Shown here piece by piece: positions 1-11,277 of a stretch of 64,000 bases of DNA. The stretch covers positions 24,265 to 88,264 of the forward strand of contig JAPOYL010000007.1 of assembly GCA_026706595.1 (NCBI GenBank), given 5' to 3'. Position 1 is the stretch's first letter, and every line of letters starts with the position of its first letter. The notes beneath the pieces were generated by a model. It was not told where the DNA came from. It was given only the letters and a program-made list of their open reading frames with translations, and ran no database searches. Source of the stretch: Gammaproteobacteria bacterium (GTDB taxonomy: Bacteria > Pseudomonadota > Gammaproteobacteria > UBA4575). Position numbers and translations under genes: made by a program.

Positions 1-1
1 G

Positions 2-130
2 GACCGGGTCGTAGTGATGGACAAGGGCTGTATTGCAGAGATTGGCAGGCCCCAGGAACTGCTGGAACACGACGGCGTATACGCCGGACTGTACAAGCTG
101 CAGGCGCGCGATGTCGCCGTGGATTTGTAG
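2..130 (+). CDS. msbA: 3' end of lipid A export ABC transporter MsbA (partial, runs off window start)
   Basis: Frame 2 reads [42 protein letters not shown] then a stop. This is the typical MsbA C-terminal tail, and it lies immediately upstream of lpxK as in E. coli. Confidence 0.6.
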   Translation, partial: DRVVVMDKGCIAEIGRPQELLEHDGVYAGLYKLQARDVAVDL

Positions 131-1154
131 AGGACTTGGGACCTGTTTTGTGGCACTGAACTTCGATCCTGAAAAGGTCTGGTATTCGAACAGCGTGCTT
201 TCGGTCCTGCTGTTACCCCTGTCCTGGCTGTTCCGGGTGATCGTTGTCCTCAGGCGGGCGTATTACCGGTTAGGTCACCGCGTGCGCAGCACATCCTCGG
301 CTTTTGTGATCGTGGTGGGCAACATCACGGTGGGAGGCACCGGGAAAACCCCGTTTCTGATCTGGCTCGCCAGCCAGTGCCGCAGGCGTGGACTGAAGAC
401 CGGCATCATTACCCGCGGCTACAAGGGTAGGCATACCACCCCGGTGGCTGAGGTCGGTGCGGACAGCCGGGTAGAGGATGTCGGCGATGAGGCACTGCTG
501 CTGGCAAGAAAGACTGCATGTCCAGTGGTGGTAGGGGCCGATCGGGGCCAGGCACTGGCTTTGCTCGAACAATCCATCCGCCCGGATGTGGTGCTATCGG
601 ATGATGGGCTTCAACATTACGCGATGGGCCGTGATTTCGAGATCGCGGTGATTGATGGCGAGCGGGAATTCGGCAACGGCCGATGCCTGCCCGCGGGGCC
701 ATTGCGTGAGCCACCGTCACGCCTGCAAAGCTGCGACCTCGTGGTGCGAAACGGGCATGGCGACCCGAACAGCTTGTATTTTGAAGTAGAGCCGGAAGAA
801 CTTCTTGCATTGAACTTGCGCGAGGGACGAAAGCCCTTGCAGGAATTCAGCGGGCGCACAGTGCATGCCGTGGCAGGAGTGGGAAACCCCGGGCGTTTTT
901 TCAGGATGCTCAAGCGGGCGGGCGTTGACATCATCGAGCATGCCTTTCCGGATCACCACGCCTATGTGAAAGCGGACCTTGATTTCGGGGATGATGCACC
1001 GATACTGATGACCGAAAAAGACGCCGTAAAATGTGAGACTTTCCTTGACAGCGACATCTGGTATCTTCCCATAATAGTGCAGGCCAACGTGGCCCTGGAA
1101 CAGCGCATATCGACTCTGATCGAAGGAATCCCAATTGCAAAAACAACTGCTTGA
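111..1154 (+). CDS. lpxK: tetraacyldisaccharide 4'-kinase
   Basis: It has the [17 protein letters not shown]-loop and the LLLPLSW N-terminal motif characteristic of LpxK. The start is uncertain: ATG 111 overlaps the msbA tail, and GTG 150 is an alternative. The six-frame ORF from 33 over-extends into msbA. Confidence 0.85.
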   Translation: MSPWICRGLGTCFVALNFDPEKVWYSNSVLSVLLLPLSWLFRVIVVLRRAYYRLGHRVRSTSSAFVIVVGNITVGGTGKTPFLIWLASQCRRRGLKTGIITRGYKGRHTTPVAEVGADSRVEDVGDEALLLARKTACPVVVGADRGQALALLEQSIRPDVVLSDDGLQHYAMGRDFEIAVIDGEREFGNGRCLPAGPLREPPSRLQSCDLVVRNGHGDPNSLYFEVEPEELLALNLREGRKPLQEFSGRTVHAVAGVGNPGRFFRMLKRAGVDIIEHAFPDHHAYVKADLDFGDDAPILMTEKDAVKCETFLDSDIWYLPIIVQANVALEQRISTLIEGIPIAKTTA

Positions 1155-1329
1155 TATTCTGGTTTGCCCGGTGACCAAAGGGCCCTTGAAGTACGACCAG
1201 GAAAAGCAGGAGTTGATCTCCACTTCTGCAAAGCTCGCCTATCCGATTCGAGACGGCATCCCGGTCATGCTCGAAGATGAGGCCAGGCCACTCAGTGGCG
1301 AGGAATACGAGAAGTACAAGAGCCAGTAG
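1135..1329 (+). CDS. ycaR: Trm112/YcaR-like small protein (UPF0434)
   Basis: It is 64 aa with [13 protein letters not shown]...DGIPVML, the Trm112-like motif. It sits between lpxK and kdsB exactly as ycaR does in E. coli. Confidence 0.75.
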   Translation: MQKQLLDILVCPVTKGPLKYDQEKQELISTSAKLAYPIRDGIPVMLEDEARPLSGEEYEKYKSQ

Positions 1330-1373
1330 TGCCTTAAGCGGTTCAAGCACTCTGTATCCGCCAGCCTCTTCTT

Positions 1374-2096
1374 ATGGATTTCAAGGTAGTCATCCCGGCA
1401 CACTACGCATCGACCCGACTGCCGGGCAAAGTGCTGCTGATGGTGCACGGCAAACCCATCATCGAGTATGTCTACAGGAATGCATGTGCGAGTGGCGCAA
1501 CGCAGGTCCTGGTCGCCACGGACGATTCGAGAATCGCAGAGGCGGTACAGGCCTTTGGAGCCGAGGCCTGCCTCACTTCAGCAGAACATGCGTCCGGTTC
1601 GGACCGGATTGCAGAGGTCATACAGCGCAATGCCTGGCCTGAGGAAACCATCATCGTGAACCTGCAAGCGGATGAGCCGATGATGCCGGCAGAAAATGTA
1701 GCGCAGGTTGCAGCCAATCTGGGCAGTCACCCGAGGGTCGACATTGCGACCCTGTGTGCCGAACTTGCGGGCGAGCATGAGGCCGGTGACAGGAACATCG
1801 TCAAGGTTGTTCATGACCGTGACAACATTGCTACCGGCTTCAGCCGGAACATGGAGACCTTTGAAAAATCTGCCGATCAAACCGTCTATCGTCACTTGGG
1901 GATCTATGCCTACCGTGCAGGCTTTTTGTGCAGGTTCACCCAATGGCCGAGGTCGCGGCTGGAAAAAAAGGAGTCGCTGGAGCAGATGCGAGCCTTTGAG
2001 TACGGCAGCCAGATTCATGTGGAGATGTGCCGGTCGGCACCGGGTATCGGAGTGGATACACAGGAAGACTACGAGGCCTTGCTGCAGGTTATGTAA
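1374..2096 (+). CDS. kdsB: 3-deoxy-manno-octulosonate cytidylyltransferase (CMP-KDO synthetase)
   Basis: It has the N-terminal VVIPAHYASTRLPGK motif and is about 240 aa. It follows lpxK-ycaR in the conserved order. Confidence 0.9.
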   Translation: MDFKVVIPAHYASTRLPGKVLLMVHGKPIIEYVYRNACASGATQVLVATDDSRIAEAVQAFGAEACLTSAEHASGSDRIAEVIQRNAWPEETIIVNLQADEPMMPAENVAQVAANLGSHPRVDIATLCAELAGEHEAGDRNIVKVVHDRDNIATGFSRNMETFEKSADQTVYRHLGIYAYRAGFLCRFTQWPRSRLEKKESLEQMRAFEYGSQIHVEMCRSAPGIGVDTQEDYEALLQVM

Positions 2097-2136
2097 AGCC
2101 TTTATCCGTTTACGAAGCCCGATCGACGTCGGTGGT

Positions 2137-2730
2137 TCAAAAAACCGGATCAAGCGATAGAAGCAATCGTTCGCCAACCCCATGGGGAGATCGGTGAACA
2201 ACACCGGCAAAGCTATTGTTCCACGCGCCACCCTTCAGCAACGACCAGTGACCTGTGGTCAATTGCTGGATCTGCCGGTTTGCTTGGATGGGAGGCGCCA
2301 AGGCTTCAATATCGGCAAAAGCAGCCCAATCGACATCGCTGTTAGGAATCCATTCTGTGCCCGCTCCGCTGAGCGTGATCAACATACGGCAAGGCACATG
2401 ATCCACATGAAATCGTGGGCACATAGGTGTGCTCAGTGCCTCGAGTCGAACACCGACCTGTTCACAGTCCACAAGCTCGCCTAACATTTCGCTGGCCTCA
2501 GCGATTTGATCGAGCAGTGCGGAACGTACGTCGGCGTCGAGTGCTGCCAACATCTCACTCGCCGGGGCTTGGGGGTCATCTGCAGGCTGGACCCATTGTA
2601 ACTGCGGAACCTGAAGCGAGCGGATCAATCGATTTGACAGGACTTCACAGGTGCGCGCTTGTCGACGTGTAACACTGACGATTTCCACATCCTCATCATA
2701 GTATCGCTGCAAAGCCGTCCAGTTGATCAC
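2137..2730 (-). CDS. hypothetical protein, DUF1826-like
   Basis: It is a 197-aa ORF with conserved-looking HRSP, GxGTEW and LITLSG motifs. From memory this matches the uncharacterised DUF1826 family, but the family call is tentative. Confidence 0.5.
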   Translation of the reverse strand: MINWTALQRYYDEDVEIVSVTRRQARTCEVLSNRLIRSLQVPQLQWVQPADDPQAPASEMLAALDADVRSALLDQIAEASEMLGELVDCEQVGVRLEALSTPMCPRFHVDHVPCRMLITLSGAGTEWIPNSDVDWAAFADIEALAPPIQANRQIQQLTTGHWSLLKGGAWNNSFAGVVHRSPHGVGERLLLSLDPVF

Positions 2731-3085
2731 TGACTACCTGTCGCATCAGACGTCTGCCTCCAAATTCTAGTTATATTATAACATACCAATACCTGACGAG
2801 GGTCCAAATCCATCCCGCCGGGTATAGCACGAGTGCACCTTAATCCCCTAACAAGGATCCAAAAGAATTGTTGGCACACGGCGCTACGATTGATCCGTTA
2901 GACCGGCACTGGACCGTATTGGCCGGCTTGGATGAAACGAGCGCTGTTTCGACAGTGGCAAAGGGGTTTGGTTGGCTGCAAAGGAGGGCAGTGTCCTGCC
3001 AGGCATCTATTTGCCCGACACTGCGCAGCATGCACTCACGCCCGGCCTGAATTTTCTGCGGACAGCAGAACAGTCGCAGGGCCGT

Positions 3086-4456
3086 TCAGGCGTCCCCAGC
3101 CAGCTTGGAGGCCAGCCCAGTATAGCTTGCGGGTGCGAGGGAAAGCAGCCTGGCTTTTTCGTCCTCCGGGAGTTCCAGTGAACGGATGAAATCCTCGATC
3201 TTTCGGGCATCCAGAGACCGGCCACGTGACAGCTCTTTAAGCTTCTCATAGGCTCCATCAATCCTGTGTTTCCGCATGATAGTCTGGATGGCTTCTGTGA
3301 GCACCTCGAGGTTGCTGTCGAGATCTTCACGTACCCGGTGTTCATCCACCTCGAGTTTTCCCAGTCCCCTCAACAGTGACCGATAGCCAATCTCGCAGTG
3401 TGCAGCCGCCACGCCGAGGTTGCGCAGTACCGTCGAGTCGCTGAGGTCACGCTGCCAGCGCGAGATCGGAAGTTTTGAAGAAAAGTGACTCAGCAGGGCA
3501 TTGGCCACTCCGAAATTGCCCTCGGCATTTTCAAAATCGATCGGGTTGATTTTATGTGGCATGGTGGATGAACCCACCTCGTTCTCGATCATTTTCTGGG
3601 CGAAGTAGCCAATGGAAATGTAGGCCCATGCATCCCTGCACAGGTCGATCAGGATGGTGTTGGTCCTGCGCAGCGCGTCGCAGTACTCGGCGATGCAATC
3701 GTGTGGTTCAATCTGGGTCGTAAAGCGATTCAGGTTGAGGCCCAGGTTCTCGGCAAAACCGGCCGTAAGCGCTTCCCAGTCGACATCCGGGTAGGCTGCC
3801 CGGTGCGCATTGTAATTCCCCGACGCACCGTTCATTTTGGCCAGCAACTGGACGGCGTTGAAATGGTCCAGCTGCCCCTGCAAGCGTGCATGTACATTGG
3901 CAAATTCCTTGCCCAGGGTCGTTGGAGACGCGGGCTGACCGTGGGTTCGCGAGAGCATCGGAAGGTCTGCCAGTTCATGGGCGAGGGCCTTCAGTTTCGA
4001 TGCGATACCCCCGATGCCGGGCGCAAGAACCTGGATTCGAATCTCGTCCAGCATCAATGAGTAGGCTGTGCTGTTGATATCCTCGGACGTACAGGCAAAG
4101 TGGATGAACCCGACTTGGTCGCGCAGTTCTTCGTGCGAGTCCAGCTTGTCTCTCAGGTAATATTCGACGGCCTTGATGTCGTGATTGGTCTGGGCTTCGA
4201 TTTCCTTGATCGCTTGCGCTTCGTCGATGTCGAAATCCTGGACGATGCCGTCGAGGAATGCGCCTGCAGACGAGGACAGCGGTGCCGCTTCTGGGATTTC
4301 GGTACTCTCCGACAAATGCTTGAACCACGCCACTTCCACTCGCAACCTGTGCTTGAGTAGTCCGTACTCGCTGGCAATCTCACTCAGGCGCTCCGTCTTG
4401 TTTGCGTAGCGACCGTCAACGGGGGAAATCGCTGTGAGTCGACCGGCGGGGTTCAT
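3086..4456 (-). CDS. purB: adenylosuccinate lyase
   Basis: The N-terminus LTAISPVDGRY aligns with E. coli PurB, it carries the fumarate-lyase family signature, and it is about 457 aa. The six-frame ORF start at 4495 is an upstream extension. Confidence 0.9.
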   Translation of the reverse strand: MNPAGRLTAISPVDGRYANKTERLSEIASEYGLLKHRLRVEVAWFKHLSESTEIPEAAPLSSSAGAFLDGIVQDFDIDEAQAIKEIEAQTNHDIKAVEYYLRDKLDSHEELRDQVGFIHFACTSEDINSTAYSLMLDEIRIQVLAPGIGGIASKLKALAHELADLPMLSRTHGQPASPTTLGKEFANVHARLQGQLDHFNAVQLLAKMNGASGNYNAHRAAYPDVDWEALTAGFAENLGLNLNRFTTQIEPHDCIAEYCDALRRTNTILIDLCRDAWAYISIGYFAQKMIENEVGSSTMPHKINPIDFENAEGNFGVANALLSHFSSKLPISRWQRDLSDSTVLRNLGVAAAHCEIGYRSLLRGLGKLEVDEHRVREDLDSNLEVLTEAIQTIMRKHRIDGAYEKLKELSRGRSLDARKIEDFIRSLELPEDEKARLLSLAPASYTGLASKLAGDA

Positions 4457-4595
4457 TTTGGAATTCGCAAATCCATGCATCGGCAGTACAATCATGCGAG
4501 TATACTACAATCCCCATGCCTGACCGCCGGAAAGCTAACCAGCCTCAACCGCTACGCTGCAACGTATTCAATACCCACCTGACCGGAGATCTTCA

Positions 4596-5984
4596 ATGAC
4601 TGATTCGAATTTTCGTACTGAAAAAGACAGCATGGGTGAGCTCAATGTGCCGGCGGATGCCCTGTACGGTGCACAGACCCAAAGGGCCGTGGAAAACTTC
4701 CCGATCAGCGGGTTGACGCTTCCGAATCCTTTCATCCATGCACTGGGCCTGATCAAGGCCGCGTGTGCACGCGCCAATGCTGAGCTTGGACTCCTGGACA
4801 AGGACACGGAATCGGCCATATGCAAGGCGAGCCTGTCGGTCGCCGGTGGAGAGTACGATGCGCATTTCCCGGTGGACGTGTTCCAGACCGGGTCGGGCAC
4901 CAGCACCAACATGAACGTTAACGAGGTGATCTCCCGACTGGCAAGCTCCCTCGCCGACCAGCCTGTGCATCCGAATGACCATGTCAACATGAGCCAAAGT
5001 TCCAATGACGTCATTCCTACTGCCATTCATGTCAGTGCATGCCTGCAGATTGAACAGGCACTCAAGCCGGCGCTCGTGCACCTGGTCAAGGTGTTGCGCG
5101 AGAAAGCCTCACAGAACCATGCGCAGGTCAAGACCGGCCGTACCCACTTGATGGACGCCATGCCGGTCACGCTTGGTCAGGAGATCGATGCCTGGGCTCA
5201 GCAAGTGGAGTACGGCATCGAGCGTATCGAGCACACCATGCAGCGACTTCGCCAGCTTGCACAGGGCGGAACCGCGGTAGGCAGCGGGATCAATGCGGCG
5301 CCCGAGTTTGCAGACCGGGTCGTGCAACAGCTCGTCGAGCTGACCGGGTATCCCTTTGAATCCAAACCCGACAAGTTTGAAGGTCTGGCTTGTCAGGACG
5401 GTGCAGTTGAATTGAGCGGGCAACTGAAAACGCTGGCTGTCAGCCTGATGAAAATATCGAATGATCTTCGCTGGATGAACTCCGGACCGCTAGCGGGTCT
5501 TGGGGAAATTTCATTGCCTTCCCTGCAGCCCGGCAGCAGCATCATGCCGGGCAAGGTGAATCCGGTCATTCCCGAAGCGATGAGCATGGTATGTGCCCAG
5601 GTGATCGGAAATGACGTGACCATCATGGTTGCAGGGCAGTCAGGCAATTTTCAATTGAACGTGATGCTTCCGGTGATCGCCCATAACCTTTTGCAGAGTA
5701 TCGAGCTGCTTGCCAATGCCACCCGGGTTCTTGCTGACAAGGCCATCGAGGGATTCAAGGTGAACGAGGACGCGCTGCAAGATGCGTTGTCCAAAAACCC
5801 GATCCTCGTGACCGCGCTGAATCGCATCGTCGGCTATGAAAAGGGTGCAGCGATTGCCAAGGCGGCATACGCGTCAGGCAGGCCCGTACTTGAGGTCGCA
5901 AAGGAGATGACTGACCTGGATGAGGCGCAGCTTGAGCGCCTCCTCGACCCTGCGCAACTGACCCGGGGCGGGATTCAGGAGTAA
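4596..5984 (+). CDS. fumC: fumarate hydratase class II
   Basis: It carries the GSSIMPGKVNP lyase signature, and its N-terminus EKDSMGELNVPADALYGAQTQRA aligns with FumC. Length is 462 aa. Confidence 0.9.
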   Translation: MTDSNFRTEKDSMGELNVPADALYGAQTQRAVENFPISGLTLPNPFIHALGLIKAACARANAELGLLDKDTESAICKASLSVAGGEYDAHFPVDVFQTGSGTSTNMNVNEVISRLASSLADQPVHPNDHVNMSQSSNDVIPTAIHVSACLQIEQALKPALVHLVKVLREKASQNHAQVKTGRTHLMDAMPVTLGQEIDAWAQQVEYGIERIEHTMQRLRQLAQGGTAVGSGINAAPEFADRVVQQLVELTGYPFESKPDKFEGLACQDGAVELSGQLKTLAVSLMKISNDLRWMNSGPLAGLGEISLPSLQPGSSIMPGKVNPVIPEAMSMVCAQVIGNDVTIMVAGQSGNFQLNVMLPVIAHNLLQSIELLANATRVLADKAIEGFKVNEDALQDALSKNPILVTALNRIVGYEKGAAIAKAAYASGRPVLEVAKEMTDLDEAQLERLLDPAQLTRGGIQE

Positions 5985-6017
5985 GCCGGGCTGAAATGCT
6001 GTGCTGATGCGGGCAGT

Positions 6018-8678
6018 CTATGCTGCCAGCTGGCGTAGCACATAGTGCAGGATGCCACCATTTTGGTAGTACTCCACTTCCTGCGGCGTATCGATGCGCA
6101 CCACCGCCTGAAAGGATTTTTCGTTCCCTTCCTCATCGACGGCTGTCACCGTCACAGACTTGGCCTGGCCGTTCTGCAAGCCGGTGATACTGTAGGTTTC
6201 CCTGCCCGAAAGCCCCAGGCTTTCGGCGGTATCTCCCTGTGCGTACTGCAGTGGCAGGATGCCCATGCCCACCAGGTTGGACCGATGGATACGCTCATAA
6301 CTCTCGGCAATCACTGCGCTCACACCGAGCAGGTACGGACCCTTGGCCGCCCAGTCTCTGGATGAACCGGAGCCGTATTCCTTGCCGGCCAGTATGATCA
6401 CCGGGATGCCGTCTTTCTTGTAACGCATGGCTGCATCATAGATCGAAGTCTGTTCGCCAGACGGGAAGTGAATGGTGATGCCTCCCTCTGAACCGGGCGC
6501 GAGTTTGTTGCGCAAGCGAATATTGGCAAACGTACCCCGCATCATGACGTTGTGATTTCCACGGCGTGAGCCATAGGAGTTGAAGTCGGCTGGAATTACC
6601 CCCTGGTCTTGCAGGTATTCTCCGGCCGGGCTTTCCGTGGCGATGGCGCCTGCCGGTGAGATATGGTCCGTCGTGACCGAATCACCCAGGCAGGCCAGCA
6701 CGTGGGCGCTGTGGATGTCACTGACATCTCCAACAGAGCGTGTCATGCCCTGGAAATAGGGCGGGTTGGCGATGTAGGTGGAATCTTCCCAGGGAAAAAA
6801 CTGGCTCTGGTCTGCCTCAAGATGGTTCCAGTTGTCCTCGCCGCTGTACACATCGTCATAGCATTGCACGTACTGCTCAGCGGACAGGAAGTTTGCCACG
6901 GTGTCTGCAACCTCCTGCTGGCTAGGCCAGATATCCTTCAGGAAGACAGGCTTGCCGTCCGGGTCCTGTGTGAGGGGCTCTTGATACAAGTCAATGTCCA
7001 TGCGACCGGCAATGGCGTAGGCGACTACCAGGGGAGGGGAGGCCAGATAGTTCATGCGCACCTGGGCATGTACGCGGCCTTCGAAGTTTCGGTTTCCGGA
7101 AAGTACCGATGTCGTGATGAGGTTGTGCTCCTTGATCGCTTCGGCAATCGGCTCCGGCAGAGGGCCCGAGTTTCCAATGCAGGTGGTACAGCCATAGCCG
7201 ACATTATGGAACCCGAGTTTCTCGAGATCGTCCATGACCCCGGCATTTTCCAGGTACTCGGTGACCACCCGTGATCCGGGGGCCAGCGAGGTCTTAACCC
7301 ACGGTTTGACCTGTAGCCCCATTTGCGCGGCTTTCCTTGCAACCAGCCCGGCACCCAGCATGGCGCTCGGATTGGAGGTATTGGTGCAGGATGTGATGGC
7401 TGCGATGACGACAGCGCCATCGCTGAGGGTAACTGATTCCCCGTTTACCTGGACATCCACACTGCCTGTACTCTGGATGTTGCGCTCCTCCTGCAGGGCC
7501 GTCTTGTCTCGCAGGAACATCGGCTTGGATTCTCTTAGTGCAATGCGGTCCTGGGGGCGGCGGGGCCCGGCTAGGCTGGGTACCACCGTTCCAAGGTTCA
7601 GTTCGATGTGCTCGCTGTAATGGGCATCCTCGCCCGTCCCGCCGCGCCACATGCCGGTCGTCTTGGCATACGCCTCGACTAGTGCAATCTGCTGTGCACT
7701 GCGTCCTGTGAGTTCCAGGTAGCGGATGGTTTCCTGGTCAATGGGGAAAATGCCGCAGGTCGCGCCGTACTCGGGTGCCATGTTGGCGATTGTGGCGCGG
7801 TCTGCCAGCGGCAGACCATCAAGACCCTTGCCGTAGAATTCAACGAACTTCCCGACCACGCCATGCTTGCGCAGCATTTCAACTACGACAAGCACCAGAT
7901 CGGTCGCCGTTGAGCCTTCCGGCAACTGGCCGTCCATCCTGAAGCCGACCACCCGGGGGATCAGCATGGAAATCGGCTGATCCAGCATGGAGGCCTCGGC
8001 TTCGATACCACCGACTCCCCAGCCCAGTACGCCGACCCCGTTGATCATGGTGGTGTGCGAGTCTGTACCGACCACCGTGTCCGGGTAGGCCTGTAGTACA
8101 CCTGCATTTTCCCTGGAGAAAATGACACGCGCCAGGTACTCGAGGTTGACCTGGTGCACGATCCCCCTGTCAGGCGGGACAACTTTGAAATTTGAAAACG
8201 CGTTTTGCCCCCACTTCAGAAAATTGTAACGTTCGCGATTGCGGTTGAATTCGAGAGCTGCATTCAGGTCGAAAGCCTGATCAGAACCAAAGTGATCGAC
8301 CTGCACGGAGTGGTCAATGACCAGTTCCGCAGGTTGTAGAGGATTGATTTTTTCCGGGTCTCCCCCCAGCGACTTCATGGCATCGCGCATGGCCGCCAGG
8401 TCGACCACGGCAGGGACTCCGGTGAAGTCCTGCATCAGCACGCGCGCAGGCCGAAAGGCAATCTCGTTTTCAGGGTTCGCAGCAGGGTCCCAGTGCAGTA
8501 TTGCCTCGATGTCCTCCCGGGTCACGGTGCGGCCATCTTCGCAACGAAGCAGGTTTTCCAGAAGGATCTTGAGGGAATAGGGCAGGCGGGCAGACTCCGG
8601 CAGTTCGCCAACGTTAAAGATCTCGTAACAGTCCCCATCTACAGTAAGGTTTGAACGGGTACCAAAACTATTGTTCAT
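6018..8678 (-). CDS. acnA: aconitate hydratase A
   Basis: At 886 aa its N-terminus and overall length match AcnA/IRP-type aconitase, and it has the aconitase Cys ligand regions. Confidence 0.9.
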   Translation of the reverse strand: MNNSFGTRSNLTVDGDCYEIFNVGELPESARLPYSLKILLENLLRCEDGRTVTREDIEAILHWDPAANPENEIAFRPARVLMQDFTGVPAVVDLAAMRDAMKSLGGDPEKINPLQPAELVIDHSVQVDHFGSDQAFDLNAALEFNRNRERYNFLKWGQNAFSNFKVVPPDRGIVHQVNLEYLARVIFSRENAGVLQAYPDTVVGTDSHTTMINGVGVLGWGVGGIEAEASMLDQPISMLIPRVVGFRMDGQLPEGSTATDLVLVVVEMLRKHGVVGKFVEFYGKGLDGLPLADRATIANMAPEYGATCGIFPIDQETIRYLELTGRSAQQIALVEAYAKTTGMWRGGTGEDAHYSEHIELNLGTVVPSLAGPRRPQDRIALRESKPMFLRDKTALQEERNIQSTGSVDVQVNGESVTLSDGAVVIAAITSCTNTSNPSAMLGAGLVARKAAQMGLQVKPWVKTSLAPGSRVVTEYLENAGVMDDLEKLGFHNVGYGCTTCIGNSGPLPEPIAEAIKEHNLITTSVLSGNRNFEGRVHAQVRMNYLASPPLVVAYAIAGRMDIDLYQEPLTQDPDGKPVFLKDIWPSQQEVADTVANFLSAEQYVQCYDDVYSGEDNWNHLEADQSQFFPWEDSTYIANPPYFQGMTRSVGDVSDIHSAHVLACLGDSVTTDHISPAGAIATESPAGEYLQDQGVIPADFNSYGSRRGNHNVMMRGTFANIRLRNKLAPGSEGGITIHFPSGEQTSIYDAAMRYKKDGIPVIILAGKEYGSGSSRDWAAKGPYLLGVSAVIAESYERIHRSNLVGMGILPLQYAQGDTAESLGLSGRETYSITGLQNGQAKSVTVTAVDEEGNEKSFQAVVRIDTPQEVEYYQNGGILHYVLRQLAA

Positions 8679-8775
8679 GCAAACTCCTCAACGTTCGTTG
8701 CCGGGATGAGCCCCTGAAAAAAACCGCAATTATCTGGTATTTCTGTACTGCAGGTAAACTCAAACAGGTCAAAAT

Positions 8776-9405
8776 TTAATGCAGGCCCTCTTTTTGCAGG
8801 GCCTTGATGTTTTTGAGAATCGAGGCCCTCCCGGTCACGAGAGACAAGCGGTTACCCTGTGCATGCCGCCACAGGGCAATGGCCCGTATGGCAGCAAGCA
8901 AAAGTGCGCGAATCATGCTCGCATACTCGTCTAAATTCAAATAGCTCGGGCTTCCCTGGATGATCACTTTGGGTCCCAGGGGGCTGATGTGTGCCTGATA
9001 CATCCTGCCAAGGTCCTGTGCCAGCTCGGAAATCGGGGTGTGTTGCGGATCGTACAGCGTTGCTATGCAGCGGATCTCGTCTCCGAGTGCACGTGTGACC
9101 TGGGTATCCTCGAGCAACTTGCTTTCGAGGTGCATCAGGCTGACGGCATGGCGTGCTCGCTCTATGGTGTCTTTATTATTGCGGTTCACCGCGTTCTCGG
9201 ACAGCATGCGCAACCCGAGCGTCAGGTTTTGCGTCACGCCATAGACCTCCAGATAGTGATCCGCATCAATCTTGAGAACGCTTTCCAGGGTTGCAGGCAA
9301 ACAGGAGTGGGTCATATTTCCGTCCCGGGCTACCTGCTGGGTCAAAGCCAGGGCCTGATAAAGACCGGCAAGTGCGATGGTCTGGTCTCGGGTCACTGAA
9401 AACAT
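8776..9405 (-). CDS. hflD: high-frequency-lysogenization protein HflD homolog
   Basis: It is 209 aa with the N-terminal TIALAGLYQALALTQQVARDG motif, similar to E. coli HflD. The purB-hflD-mnmA order is conserved. Confidence 0.75.
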   Translation of the reverse strand: MFSVTRDQTIALAGLYQALALTQQVARDGNMTHSCLPATLESVLKIDADHYLEVYGVTQNLTLGLRMLSENAVNRNNKDTIERARHAVSLMHLESKLLEDTQVTRALGDEIRCIATLYDPQHTPISELAQDLGRMYQAHISPLGPKVIIQGSPSYLNLDEYASMIRALLLAAIRAIALWRHAQGNRLSLVTGRASILKNIKALQKEGLH

Positions 9406-9429
9406 GGGGAGTCCTGCATGATGCCGACA

Positions 9430-10512
9430 CTAGGCTTCGCGCCCGACGATGATGCCTCCTCCGAGGCACCGGTCCTGCTTGTAGAAGACGACGCTTTGTC
9501 CCGGAGCGACCGCCCACTGGGGCTCGGCAAAGGAAACTTCGTAGCGGCCGTCTTCGCACATGCGGATCGAGCAGTCCTGGTCCGGTTGGCGGTATCGTAT
9601 CTTTGCCGCAAGGTTCTTCATGTCGGATGGTGGTCCACCCGAAATCCAGTGGATCGTTTGAGTGAAGATGCGCGAATGGAACAGGGCAGGGTGTTGTTTT
9701 CCCTGGACCACGTGCAGGGTATTGGATTCGATGTCCTTGTCGGCAACATACCAGGCCCCCTCGGGCAAATGCGCCTGTCCACCGATACCCAGGCCCTGGC
9801 GCTGGCCGATCGTGTAGAACATGGCACCCTCGTGCGTACCCAGGGCTTCCCCCTCAGGCGAGAGGATCGGCCCCGGCTTGGCCGGCAGGTACCGCTTCAG
9901 GAAATCCCTGAATTTTCGCTCGCCGATGAAACAGATCCCGGTGCTGTCTTTCTTGTCGTGCACCTTGAACGCCTGTGCCCTGGCGATCTCGCGCACTTTC
10001 GACTTGTCGATACCACCCAGGGGAAACAGTGACTTTTGCAACTGATCCTGCTTCAGGGTATGCAAAAAGTAGCTCTGGTCCTTTTGCCTGTCATGGGCTT
10101 TTCTCAGGCAGGTGTCTGAGGGACTTGCCTCACAGCGTGCATAGTGCCCAGTGGCAATGTAGTCGGTGTCCAAGTCCAGGGCGTGGTCCAGGAAGGCCCG
10201 GAACTTGATTTCCCGGTTGCAGATAACATCCGGGTTGGGCGTTCTGCCAGCCTGGTACTCGTCCAGAAAATACTGGAATACGCGATCCCAGTATTCACTT
10301 GAAAAGTTCACCGTGTGCAGGCGGATCCCGATCCTTTCGCATACCTGCCGGGCGTCCTCAAGGTCGACCGCTGCCGAGCAGTATTCCTCATCGTCGTCCT
10401 CTTCCCAGTTTTTCATGAACAGGCCTTCAACCTCAAGGCCCTGCTCACGCAAAAGCCAGGCGGCTACGGAGGAGTCGACACCGCCGGACATGCCTACCAT
10501 TACTTTGTTCAT
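9430..10512 (-). CDS. mnmA: tRNA 2-thiouridine(34) synthase
   Basis: It has the VMVGMSGGVDSSVAAWLL PP-loop and is 360 aa, with MnmA/TrmU-type conservation throughout. Confidence 0.9.
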   Translation of the reverse strand: MNKVMVGMSGGVDSSVAAWLLREQGLEVEGLFMKNWEEDDDEEYCSAAVDLEDARQVCERIGIRLHTVNFSSEYWDRVFQYFLDEYQAGRTPNPDVICNREIKFRAFLDHALDLDTDYIATGHYARCEASPSDTCLRKAHDRQKDQSYFLHTLKQDQLQKSLFPLGGIDKSKVREIARAQAFKVHDKKDSTGICFIGERKFRDFLKRYLPAKPGPILSPEGEALGTHEGAMFYTIGQRQGLGIGGQAHLPEGAWYVADKDIESNTLHVVQGKQHPALFHSRIFTQTIHWISGGPPSDMKNLAAKIRYRQPDQDCSIRMCEDGRYEVSFAEPQWAVAPGQSVVFYKQDRCLGGGIIVGREA

Positions 10513-10542
10513 GTCACTGCCCGTCGGGGGTGGGTCGTGTGC

Positions 10543-11001
10543 TCACCAGGTCTGCTGAATCGTATGGATAAGGTCCAGGTCATAACGGTTGCCATCCAGA
10601 TAATCCCGAACGCTGTGGGTGACCATGGTGCTTCGGAGCCTGTGCTCTGGCAAGTCAAAGATGGTCTCGGCGCTGTACCAGCCCGCGTGCAGGATTCCGT
10701 CATCAAGATCTTCATGGACACGCTCACTGCTGCACTCACCGCACAGGGTAAACCGCAAAAAGGTTTCATCCAGGTGCGGATGCTTCCAGCAATAGATACC
10801 GACCAGCGCGGCAGGATAAAATTCCCACCCAGTCTCTTCCAGGGTCTCTCGCTGGGCTGCCTCGATCAGGGTTTCCCCCAGTTCCCAATGGCCTGCTGGC
10901 TGGTTGAAAACCTTGTATTCCTCGACTTGCTCCTCGACCAGAAGGAATTTTTGCTCACGCTCGATCACGGCTGCGACCGTCACATGTGGATGCCAGCTCA
11001 T
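10543..11001 (-). CDS. nudJ: NUDIX hydrolase (NudJ-like)
   Basis: It has the Nudix box GHWELGETLIEAAQRETLEETG. At 153 aa from MSWHPHVTVAAV it matches E. coli NudJ length and N-terminus. The ORF-track start at 11091 is likely over-extended. Confidence 0.75.
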   Translation of the reverse strand: MSWHPHVTVAAVIEREQKFLLVEEQVEEYKVFNQPAGHWELGETLIEAAQRETLEETGWEFYPAALVGIYCWKHPHLDETFLRFTLCGECSSERVHEDLDDGILHAGWYSAETIFDLPEHRLRSTMVTHSVRDYLDGNRYDLDLIHTIQQTW

Positions 11002-11277
11002 CGGGACTTCATCTAAAACTGAATAAAAAGATTGGTGTATAAATACTTGATAAGTATATATTAATCTGTGGAAATTTAAATGTATCTTCAAGCACAGTAT
11101 AGCAGCGAATTATACTCTGGCTGTACTTCAAACACGGAATTTCGTGCGGCTTGGATGAACCGGAGCAGGATGTGCAGTGTCTGAAATTCATGCGCCAGGC
11201 TGTTCCTTCAGGACACGGTTAAGTGCTGGCCAGCTACTCGCTATACTATTCATACTTGAAATCGTTGAAGACCGGTC

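Noticed and set aside
33-110. Upstream extension of the lpxK ORF to ATG 33
   Set aside because: This segment is the msbA C-terminus read in another frame. The LpxK homology begins near residue 40 of that ORF.
2815-2860. tRNA-like GGGTATAGCAC string
   Set aside because: It lacks the D-loop and T-loop (GTTC) consensus and has no acceptor-stem pairing. It is not a tRNA.
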